Source: a virus
Taxonomy: Duplodnaviria; Caudoviricetes
Strand: one strand, 5' to 3'
Virus record (IMG/VR): IMGVR_UViG_3300024297_000001
Length of the DNA stretch: 64,000 nucleotides
In this document: piece by piece, positions 46,888 through 54,722 of the stretch
Layout of the letters: each line of letters begins with the position of its first letter
How positions within the stretch are numbered: the first letter of the stretch is position 1
Program-made: the position numbers and the translations under genes
Notes under the pieces: model-generated
The model's input: the letters and a program-made list of their open reading frames with translations, nothing else
What the model was told of the DNA's origin: nothing
Databases searched by the model: none

Positions 46888-47490
46888 TTATTTTAGTGCA
46901 TACTTCTTTTGAAGTTGTTTCAACAATAGTCCGTATGCTGGTAGGAATACAATTAAGCCTACTGCAATTTTGAGTACAGTTTGTGATCCTGCAATCTCAA
47001 CCCAGTTAGCCGCCATGTATTCATCTGCCGAGTTATTAAATGCGACAGCAAAGAACGTATACGTGTCAATGATGTTCGCCGCGATAGTAGATACCGCAGG
47101 TGCTAACCACCAATTCTTTGTAAACGCTTCTCTAATGTATTGGAATACATATACATCAAGCATTGTACCAATAGCATAAGCCGTTGCCGAAGCAAAACCA
47201 ATACGCATTGCTACTGATTGTGGTGCTCCTTCTGCAAGTACAACTGCAATGGATCCAATGATTGCCAATGGATACGCCGCCGCGATTGTTGATCTTGCAA
47301 TATTTTTTCCAAGTAGTCTAACAGTCAAGTCCGTTGCTATTACAACTAATGGGAAAGTAAATGCCGCCCACGTTAGTTTCACACCTGCAATTTCTACAGG
47401 GATTGCCACCAACGCATTTGAAACAGTGATCACGATAACGTGAAGTGCCACTAATTTCATCAGCATACTTTTATCTACGTCTTTGAACAT
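46888..47490 (-). CDS. yhhQ: Queuosine-precursor (preQ0/preQ1) transporter
   Basis: HVIVITVSNALV..P...TWAAFTFP..VIATDLTVRLLG...AR; AYAIGTMLDVYVF; WWLAPAVST...IDT; closely follows the YhhQ pattern. Confidence 0.85.
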   Translation of the reverse strand: MFKDVDKSMLMKLVALHVIVITVSNALVAIPVEIAGVKLTWAAFTFPLVVIATDLTVRLLGKNIARSTIAAAYPLAIIGSIAVVLAEGAPQSVAMRIGFASATAYAIGTMLDVYVFQYIREAFTKNWWLAPAVSTIAANIIDTYTFFAVAFNNSADEYMAANWVEIAGSQTVLKIAVGLIVFLPAYGLLLKQLQKKYALK

Positions 47491-47724
47491 TTAAGTCCTC
47501 CTATACATCTTCTTTTTATTTGGCTTGTACTTAGGCTTCTTGCCTTGAGTGAACAAAACGTATGTTCTCCAAGCCTCGCTTTTGTTGTTATAAAGATCAC
47601 GTTCGTCAAAGCGATAAGAACGTCCGTAACCCGTTACCCAAGAAGTCTTTGAACAAAAGTCCTTGAATTTCTCGAGATCAGTGAACACCTGCTCATAGGC
47701 TTCACGATTAAATTTGAGTGACAT
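47491..47724 (-). CDS. Hypothetical protein (77 aa)
   Basis: SD AGAGG; abuts yhhQ. Confidence 0.6.
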   Translation of the reverse strand: MSLKFNREAYEQVFTDLEKFKDFCSKTSWVTGYGRSYRFDERDLYNNKSEAWRTYVLFTQGKKPKYKPNKKKMYRRT

Positions 47725-47736
47725 CGCATTTTTCCT

Positions 47737-48171
47737 CTATCTTGCATACTCAATATGGGCACCGTTTTCTCCATCTTCACTTACGTCAATATGGACTTCA
47801 CGGCCTGGGTGTTTAGCATTGATCTCTTTGTAAAGATCATCTGCCATCATTTCACAACTCTTATAATCTAACTCTAATGTTTTCTCCTCATAAAGTTTTT
47901 CTAACCATCTTTTAAATTGTATAAACTCGATATCTCTATCATTGTGTGTAACTGTGATTGCTACCTTAAAATGAAAGATGTGTCTGTGTGGATATCCTAA
48001 GAAACTAACATCATACTCATCACCTGTTGCAAGTGCTGGATCATCTAATGCCGCCGGATACTTGTGAATACCTTCCTTACGGAAAGTTACCCAAATCATT
48101 CGTTTTGCTGTATTCATAATTCTTGCCTTGTTGTCTTTATCTGATTGTTCTTTAATTAACTGATCTGTCAT
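47737..48171 (-). CDS. T-fold QueD-like protein with LxxxHRHxF motif (DpdL-like)
   Basis: SFLGYPHRHIFHFKV...RDIEFI.FK...SCEMMA...V.EDGENGA T-fold pattern. Start is 48171 or 48177. Confidence 0.75.
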   Translation of the reverse strand: MTDQLIKEQSDKDNKARIMNTAKRMIWVTFRKEGIHKYPAALDDPALATGDEYDVSFLGYPHRHIFHFKVAITVTHNDRDIEFIQFKRWLEKLYEEKTLELDYKSCEMMADDLYKEINAKHPGREVHIDVSEDGENGAHIEYAR

Positions 48172-48173
48172 AC

Positions 48174-49406
48174 TCATATTATAAAGCCTTTCGCCTCATT
48201 TGTCAATGGTTTTTCTTGATTTATTTTGGTTACCAAGTCATCGAATACGTTCAAAATATAATCTGTTTCGACTTTCTTAGTTTCATAAAAACTACAAAAT
48301 TTAATTGTAGTTGTCGAGTATTGCCAAATACCGCAGTTATTTAGGAATGCTCGAATTTCGTTTAGTGTCTTTACGTCTCTACCTTTGTCCATTTTACAAT
48401 TTAAGAAACTGTTTTTATATGATACATCAAAAGTTTCTACCTGTTCAAGTATCTCTGCAAGTTGCACCAAAAATTTTGTAACTTGATTTGTTACGTTAAA
48501 CATCAATTTATTTTTATCACAGTATTCAAGTGCGGCCACTACCGCAGTTGCTCCTACAGGATCTTGGCTACGTGAGTTACCAACTGCTATAGGCAATGCC
48601 CAACCTGTGTCTGTTGGCTTTGAAATCTTATCATACATCTCTTTTGAAAGGCAAGTGATTGCAAAAGAACTAAATCCACCTGCAAGTGCTTTACCAAAAC
48701 AAGCAATGTCAGGTTGTAGATTACGTTCCATGCTATGTGCGAAACTACCAAATCTATACATACCTGTAAATATTTCGTCAGCAATAATTTTATAATCGTA
48801 TTTGAATTTACCTTGTTTAATTTTCTTAATAAGTTCATCGGACATTTCACTAACACCGTTAAACCAACTTACAGTATCACACAATACGGCACAAATGTTT
48901 CCTTGGTGTTTTTCTAATACAGTTGTAAAGTCATCATCATAAAAGTCTACATACTCTACATCAGGAAGGTGTGTACTCCAACCTCTGTAATCACTCATTG
49001 CCCAACCACTTAAACTTCCGCTATGGAAACTTCCTTTACGTACAAGTACTTTGTTTTTCTTTTTATTGTTGTAGTATTGGAAACAAAACTTTAGTGCATT
49101 GTCTGTTGCATCACTTCCGCTATGTGCTGGAATGAATGCAAAATAATCTGGAAGTTTCTTTTGTAATATATCTTCTAACTTTGTCCATATCTCAGGTTTA
49201 GCATTCCAATCGTTGCTTGGCCAAACTCTATGTGCATGAGAAATATGATATTGTATGTATTCGTTGTTAAAGCCTAATACGTTGCAACCTTTACCTGCAC
49301 TAATGTCATAGTAGTTCTTTCCTTCCGAATCAATAAACCTTCCGTTAAAACTCGTAACAGTAGGCATTGTGTCAGTTGGATCGCAAAAACTATGCAGTAG
49401 TTTCAT
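48174..49406 (-). CDS. Class-III PLP aminotransferase
   Basis: YYDISAG.GCNVLG, SGSDATDNALK, GSFH, IIADEIFTGMYRFG, PDIACFGKALAGG. Confidence 0.9.
   Translation of the reverse strand: MKLLHSFCDPTDTMPTVTSFNGRFIDSEGKNYYDISAGKGCNVLGFNNEYIQYHISHAHRVWPSNDWNAKPEIWTKLEDILQKKLPDYFAFIPAHSGSDATDNALKFCFQYYNNKKKNKVLVRKGSFHSGSLSGWAMSDYRGWSTHLPDVEYVDFYDDDFTTVLEKHQGNICAVLCDTVSWFNGVSEMSDELIKKIKQGKFKYDYKIIADEIFTGMYRFGSFAHSMERNLQPDIACFGKALAGGFSSFAITCLSKEMYDKISKPTDTGWALPIAVGNSRSQDPVGATAVVAALEYCDKNKLMFNVTNQVTKFLVQLAEILEQVETFDVSYKNSFLNCKMDKGRDVKTLNEIRAFLNNCGIWQYSTTTIKFCSFYETKKVETDYILNVFDDLVTKINQEKPLTNEAKGFII
48178..48206 (-). promoter_or_regulatory. Consensus sigma70 promoter TTGACA-17-TATAAT, 6 nt before ATG 48171
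   Basis: Perfect hexamers embedded in the last codons of the aminotransferase gene. Confidence 0.75.
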
Positions 49407-49913
49407 TTAGTCCTCCGAGGGGCTATCGTCGCCGTACTTTGACCAATCTGTAAATTTATCCCATTGTAGTAACGGGTGAACTTGATGTACCCATACACCT
49501 GGATTAGAATGATCAAAATCAGCATCGTCAATCTTAATACAAGCATTGTAGTTAAGTTGTTTTACGTATGGTAGTTTAACACTAATCATACTAATAAAAT
49601 TATGTCTTTCATTGTAACCTGTTTCAAGTACCCAGTCATGATACTTTGCATCATAGTCAAGTGTTACAAGATATTTCTTGTCAAGCAATCCAAACACAAG
49701 ATCGTCCCAACTTTCTTTAGGAACAAAACTATGATTAGCACCTAAGTAAATATGATCTACTACGTGTTTCTTTGCTTGTGCTAATACATCTTCTAATGGT
49801 TGACAACCTGTAACAAACAATGTGTCCATACCTTCAGCAGGAGTTTTTTCAACTTCATAACCTGTAAAGTAGATTACATCATCTTTTACGCCATCTGCAT
49901 ATTGTCTTTCCAT
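49407..49913 (-). CDS. Hypothetical protein adjacent to the TGT-like gene
   Basis: SD AGAGG; FTGYEVEKTPAEGMDTLFV, HIYLGANHS and KIDD.DF..SNPGVW.H. Confidence 0.7.
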   Translation of the reverse strand: MERQYADGVKDDVIYFTGYEVEKTPAEGMDTLFVTGCQPLEDVLAQAKKHVVDHIYLGANHSFVPKESWDDLVFGLLDKKYLVTLDYDAKYHDWVLETGYNERHNFISMISVKLPYVKQLNYNACIKIDDADFDHSNPGVWVHQVHPLLQWDKFTDWSKYGDDSPSED

Positions 49914-49914
49914 A

Positions 49915-51375
49915 TTATTCCTCTGTAAATAAATTGCCAAACTGTGTTTGTGCGTTTACTGTTTTCTTTCCTGTTGCGCCACGTGTTCCAATAATTGACA
50001 TCCAGAACTTACTATAATGTTCAATTACTGCGTTCGCTTCATCTCTGCTGTCTGTTGCAAATATTGCCTCCACAACATCTCTAAAAAATAACCTGTCGAA
50101 CCGTTCCTCCACAAGCATGTTCGGAATGACTCCATTGTCGTATTGTCTATTTGCTTCTTGTACTGCATTAATATGACTCCATACATTATGACCCATCTGG
50201 ATCGCATATGAAAAACTATCCCAAGATGTTTTTCCTTCTTTGCCTATTTTGTTCAAGTCACCTTGTGCATACTTACAAATGTCTTGTGCAGTTAGTCCTG
50301 TTGTAATAGGCGAATCTTTAAAACTTGTATGCTTACCTTCTCTAACAAATGCTTGACTGAATGGCGTTGTATCAGTTGCTAATCCTTTATCATCAATGCT
50401 TGGCACCATTCTGTAAACCCATTTCTTACGATCTAATGTTTCAAGTTCGCAATAAATTTGTCCATTAGCAGTTGCTAAGAACGGACTTGCACAATCAAAC
50501 GTAATCATAAAGTTTGGATTATGATACTTACGTACTGCTCTTTGTATATCTGTAAGTAGTGTTGCCCACTCTAATTTACTTGTACCTAAGAAGTGCATTA
50601 CATCATGTACGCCTTTCTCAAGTAGTCCATCAAATCTAAGTGCAACAAGTCTTTTAAGAACAAGATGAATATCACACATATTCTGTCCACCCATACTCCA
50701 ACCATTAAAGTGTGTGCCAGGATACTTAACTGGATCACAATAGTCTTTCATTTGCTGATACCAATCTTCTGCGTCAGCATGATTTTCACCTTGTAATACA
50801 TTTAAGAATTTACAAGCACCACTTCTATGTTTCATAAAGTAGTCATTGTTAATACGTGTAGCATTAACGGCATCTTGATAATTGTCAATTCCAGTTGCTT
50901 TAGCACCTTCGGGAGACCGTGCTACCCAAGCCGGAATATCAAGTATCATTCCATAGTCCATATATGCGTCCATCCATCTAAGAACTTGTTCACGTTTCTT
51001 TTGTGCTTTAGGACAATTAGGATTCTTCCAATCGCCTTCCCATACACCTTTACCTATCTGGAAACCACCACTGTCACCTAACAACCAAGAAGTGTTACGA
51101 TCTCTATCTCGTACCATATCTTCTTTGGGTGCGTCCTTGTTAATATCAAGTTCGGCGTGACCTGCGGAATACAAACTCCATTGATACTCAAACAACGACT
51201 TACTCGGATTAAGCCAGTTCATGCTCTCAACACCATTTGTAAAGTGTTTAGGTATACGATTATATTCTACGTACTCCTCACGTCTTTGCTTACCTACAAA
51301 GGTTGCAAAGAAGCCACTCAGTGCTGGCAAGAAAGTTGCGTAATCTTTTTGTGCAGTTGTTAAGTTAGTATTCAA
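49915..51375 (-). CDS. dpdA: tRNA-guanine-transglycosylase-like protein, probable DNA 7-deazaguanine transglycosylase (DpdA-like)
   Basis: LLGDSGGFQ (TGT catalytic Asp motif), MILDIP, NVLQG, GWSMGG, HFLG, ITFDCASP, HN; clustered with folE, queE and yhhQ. Confidence 0.8.
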   Translation of the reverse strand: MNTNLTTAQKDYATFLPALSGFFATFVGKQRREEYVEYNRIPKHFTNGVESMNWLNPSKSLFEYQWSLYSAGHAELDINKDAPKEDMVRDRDRNTSWLLGDSGGFQIGKGVWEGDWKNPNCPKAQKKREQVLRWMDAYMDYGMILDIPAWVARSPEGAKATGIDNYQDAVNATRINNDYFMKHRSGACKFLNVLQGENHADAEDWYQQMKDYCDPVKYPGTHFNGWSMGGQNMCDIHLVLKRLVALRFDGLLEKGVHDVMHFLGTSKLEWATLLTDIQRAVRKYHNPNFMITFDCASPFLATANGQIYCELETLDRKKWVYRMVPSIDDKGLATDTTPFSQAFVREGKHTSFKDSPITTGLTAQDICKYAQGDLNKIGKEGKTSWDSFSYAIQMGHNVWSHINAVQEANRQYDNGVIPNMLVEERFDRLFFRDVVEAIFATDSRDEANAVIEHYSKFWMSIIGTRGATGKKTVNAQTQFGNLFTEE

Positions 51376-51573
51376 TTAAATGTCCGTCCTTACAATATGT
51401 TTTCTAAGGGCTCTAACAAGTTCTTCGATCTTGTCTACTACAGATATCATATCTTTGTCTGTAATATACTTTTGTTTCTCTCTCAACTTGTCATACTCCT
51501 TAAGTGGTATGGTTACTGTGCTACCTTCATTTTCAAACGATCTATCGTCATCTCTTTCATCAACACTTGTCAT
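51376..51573 (-). CDS. Hypothetical protein (65 aa)
   Basis: SD AAGGA; short ORF abutting dpdA. Confidence 0.6.
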   Translation of the reverse strand: MTSVDERDDDRSFENEGSTVTIPLKEYDKLREKQKYITDKDMISVVDKIEELVRALRKHIVRTDI

Positions 51574-51580
51574 AAAGTCC

Positions 51581-52309
51581 TTATTTTGTTTGAGCTGGAA
51601 GAATATAATTATATTCTGCTAATCCAGAATCAACGGTTAATTGCATTGCACCTTGATCTGAAATACTCATTGTTACTTTGCCGTCCAAGTTCAAGATTGC
51701 TTGTACTTGTGCTACAGGCCATGCCCATGCATGTTTCAAACTACCTGTTACATCTGTTTGGAATACAAACGAACCTGCGTGTTGTGAAGCATCACCGAAA
51801 CTAAACACAAGGTTAGTACCTTCTGTTCTTACTGTAAATACAGTTTCTTCTGCGTGTGCCATGCTCTGAAACTTCATTCTTTGAATTGAAGCCATGCTTG
51901 GTTCTACAACAACGTCCCACGATGCACCTTTAAACTTTACAGTTTTAAGTTTCTCATCAATGATTTGTTTATTCATAAACCTATAATCATTTTCAAAGTC
52001 ACCTGCTTCGTTCTCAAAGTGAATATGAGTTGGAACAGTTTCACCATTGCGTTCTGCTTGTTCAACACTAACTTTTGCGTTAGTTTGATACTCAGGACAC
52101 TTAAGGTGTAATGCTAATTTGTCTAAGTTAGGCATACCAAATGTACCAGCAAATTCTGCCACTGGGTTTTTAGTCTGCGAACTTAAAATTACAGATCTAT
52201 CTTCTGCCATCGATTCAATAGTAGTATCTGCTTCGCTCGTTACTTTTACAATGTTAAGAAATCCTAACGAATGTGTATGAGCAACGATATCTTGTAAAAT
52301 GTCTTTCAT
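51581..52309 (-). CDS. Probable sliding clamp (gp45-like)
   Basis: 242 aa with an alternating beta/alpha PCNA-like pattern, own early promoter, near the DNA polymerase. Assigned from size, pattern and context. Confidence 0.55.
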   Translation of the reverse strand: MKDILQDIVAHTHSLGFLNIVKVTSEADTTIESMAEDRSVILSSQTKNPVAEFAGTFGMPNLDKLALHLKCPEYQTNAKVSVEQAERNGETVPTHIHFENEAGDFENDYRFMNKQIIDEKLKTVKFKGASWDVVVEPSMASIQRMKFQSMAHAEETVFTVRTEGTNLVFSFGDASQHAGSFVFQTDVTGSLKHAWAWPVAQVQAILNLDGKVTMSISDQGAMQLTVDSGLAEYNYILPAQTK

Positions 52310-52333
52310 GTTTTTTAGTCTCCTATTTTAACT

Positions 52334-52362
52334 ATTATACTTACAAAATTATGATTTGTCAA
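52334..52362 (-). promoter_or_regulatory. Consensus sigma70 promoter TTGACA-17-TATAAT
   Basis: Perfect hexamers; the -35 lies in the last codons (LDKS*) of the epimerase gene. Confidence 0.8.
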
Positions 52363-53086
52363 GTGCTTTTTCCTGGCTGACGAATTCTAATGCATCAATT
52401 TTTGATTTCCAACCAATTGATGATAAATGACTAATGTCTGCGACATTGTCTTTACGTTCATGCTCGTCACCGTTTCTTTCTTCATAATTTTCTAAGCCTA
52501 CTGCTTTGCAGTAATCCGATAAAGGTCTTGACGTACCCGTTCCTACATCAATTACTCCTGTTAAATCACTTTCTAACAATTGAGTAACTGCTCTACACAC
52601 ATCAGATATATGTATAAAATCTCTTTTATGATCTACATTAATAAATGTAACTTCATTGTTTAATAATTTTGGTACAAACATATAGTCTCTACCTGCTCCA
52701 CCAATTACAGTTGTAAATCTCATACCTAAACTATCTTCAGGTGCAATACGTTCTACAACATATTTTGACATTGCATATGGATTTCTTTGTGGCTCTTTTG
52801 CAGTGCTTGAACTTGCATATAAGATCCTTGCATTTGGAAATGCTTTAAACAATCTATTTGATGCAACAACATTATTATCAAAATATTCTTGCGGAACTTC
52901 AAGGCTTTTTCTTACACCACTCATTGCCGCTAAATGAACTACTGCATCTACTTGATAATTTAACTCACAGTCAAGTAAGTCATTGCCAGACTTAATGTCA
53001 ATTGGTATTACGGTATGCATACCTGCCCAATACTTCTTAAGTACTGAACCTATCATTCCGTCACTACCTGTTAGTAATATTCTCAT
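52349..53086 (-). CDS. NAD-dependent epimerase/dehydratase
   Basis: LTGSDGMIG, VVHLAA, YASSS, YAMSK (YxxxK), MRF.TV.G. Confidence 0.9.
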   Translation of the reverse strand: MRILLTGSDGMIGSVLKKYWAGMHTVIPIDIKSGNDLLDCELNYQVDAVVHLAAMSGVRKSLEVPQEYFDNNVVASNRLFKAFPNARILYASSSTAKEPQRNPYAMSKYVVERIAPEDSLGMRFTTVIGGAGRDYMFVPKLLNNEVTFINVDHKRDFIHISDVCRAVTQLLESDLTGVIDVGTGTSRPLSDYCKAVGLENYEERNGDEHERKDNVADISHLSSIGWKSKIDALEFVSQEKALDKS

Positions 53087-53484
53087 TATGTTATTTCCTC
53101 CTCGATGTATCTTTTTAATTCATGGTCTTGTACATCGTTTGGTATATTATTTTTATAAAAGATCTGATAACTATCCGAACCATACTTGCCTACGCCATAT
53201 AGTTTAGTAGCATCTTCTCCGTCCCAATTTAAAAAGTCTTTTGACATTTGTCTAATTGTGTTTTCACGTCTATTATAAAAGCCTAAACTCTTAATAACTT
53301 CTATTACAGTTTTCCTATCGCTTTTTAAATACTTTTGTGGAGTAGGCCATTTGTCAAAGAACTCTGGTAATACTCTTTTAACCTGTACCCTACCTGTTTG
53401 ATTCAAACAAATAACACCTACAAAGTGTTGCCATAAGTTAGCAACCTGTTGTTGTACCATTAAATCAGGATCCATTATTTTCAT
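53086..53484 (-). CDS. HhH-GPD DNA glycosylase, MBD4-catalytic-domain-like
   Basis: W....VICLNQT, FF.KWPTP, LGFYNRR, LYGVGKYGSDSYQIF, VQDHELKRY. Confidence 0.8.
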   Translation of the reverse strand: MKIMDPDLMVQQQVANLWQHFVGVICLNQTGRVQVKRVLPEFFDKWPTPQKYLKSDRKTVIEVIKSLGFYNRRENTIRQMSKDFLNWDGEDATKLYGVGKYGSDSYQIFYKNNIPNDVQDHELKRYIEEEIT

Positions 53485-54177
53485 TTATTCTTCCTCATAA
53501 AAAAATACATCATAACCTTTGCCACGTGTGTCGCCACCGCCGTTATCAAGTTCATGTTCTCCATATGTTACACGTTCTAATATTTCTTCGTCATTGGGCA
53601 TTGTGCTTGAATAAAACTTAAACTTATTAATATCAAACTTTTCGCCTCTCAAATGTAACATACCATCATAGAACGTACCTTTCTCATGACTAATCATTTG
53701 TGCATAATGTCCTTTAGGAATACTATATCCTTTGTCATCAATATCATGTTCGCAAGTTACATTTTCAAAGAAATCGTAAAACTCTCCGTCATAGTGTTCT
53801 TTTATAGTTTGTGCAGAATAACCTTCGCCTGATACTTCTTCAATCATTAATTTACAATTACCAATGCTACCACCATACCAATGACTTTGTTCATTAGGTG
53901 GTTCATGCCATTCACTATGCCCTTCACTATCTTGATCCCAAAGAAAGTCTGCTTCTTGAGGCATATCATGTTGCTGTCTAAATTCTTCAGCACCACTCAT
54001 ATATTCTGAGGCATAGATATCGTTTTCATTCTCATTTGCTTTCCACCAATCATGACACTTTTTTGTTATAGGACACCATGACATTTCTGCACCATATCCA
54101 TAAAGCGATACACGAAAGTACCTATCAGGATTTTTAATATTTTCAATAAGTTCTTGTTTTTCTTCTGTAGTAGCCAT
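53485..54177 (-). CDS. Hypothetical acidic protein (230 aa)
   Basis: Clean ORF in the replication operon. Confidence 0.7.
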   Translation of the reverse strand: MATTEEKQELIENIKNPDRYFRVSLYGYGAEMSWCPITKKCHDWWKANENENDIYASEYMSGAEEFRQQHDMPQEADFLWDQDSEGHSEWHEPPNEQSHWYGGSIGNCKLMIEEVSGEGYSAQTIKEHYDGEFYDFFENVTCEHDIDDKGYSIPKGHYAQMISHEKGTFYDGMLHLRGEKFDINKFKFYSSTMPNDEEILERVTYGEHELDNGGGDTRGKGYDVFFYEEE

Positions 54178-54722
54178 TACCTTGCTTTCGTAATATTAAA
54201 ATGCTTATAAGTTTGTTGTACACACTTTGCTTGATAATAACAGTCAGCAAGTGCATTGTGCAATTCTTCTTGTATTGCTTTACGTGGATCACTTGGCATA
54301 AGTGCAAACAATGTTCTGCTATCTCTAATTTGCCAATAGTTCCATGGAGTAGGCTTACCAATATTTTTATACAAGTTTTGTAGTATTGCATAATCAAATA
54401 AAGGACCTTGACACCATAAGTAATCAAGTCCTACACACCATTTGTTTAATTGCTTTGTTAGTGTGTCCATGTTTACTCTTTCATGGTCACCAAATGCTTC
54501 ATCACGTATTTCAGGCTTTTGTTTGCCCCACCATTCAAGTGTATTGTCATCTATTGTACGTCCATACTTTTCACTTTGTTCTTCTATGTCAAGTCTTAGA
54601 TACAAAGGTTGATGTGGCTCTGCATTAGTTGTAGGATCAAACTTAACTGCGCCAAGTGTTATGATTACACTATCTGGTTCTACACCAAGTGTTTCTAAAT
54701 CTATCATTCCATGTGTTGCCAT
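54177..54722 (-). CDS. DEDDh 3'-5' exonuclease (Rv2179c-like)
   Basis: MIDLETLG, FDYAIL, RDSRT, HNALADCYYQA. Confidence 0.85.
   Translation of the reverse strand: MATHGMIDLETLGVEPDSVIITLGAVKFDPTTNAEPHQPLYLRLDIEEQSEKYGRTIDDNTLEWWGKQKPEIRDEAFGDHERVNMDTLTKQLNKWCVGLDYLWCQGPLFDYAILQNLYKNIGKPTPWNYWQIRDSRTLFALMPSDPRKAIQEELHNALADCYYQAKCVQQTYKHFNITKAR

Noticed and set aside
49915-51375. Ordinary tRNA-modifying Tgt
   Set aside because: It lacks the C-terminal CxCxxC zinc site of bacterial Tgt and sits with the clamp, polymerase and deazaguanine synthesis genes. A DNA-directed DpdA-like role is preferred, though not proven.
53086-53484. Eukaryotic contamination implied by MBD4 similarity
   Set aside because: The gene is intronless, coupled by TAATG overlap or direct abutment to phage neighbours, and matches their composition.
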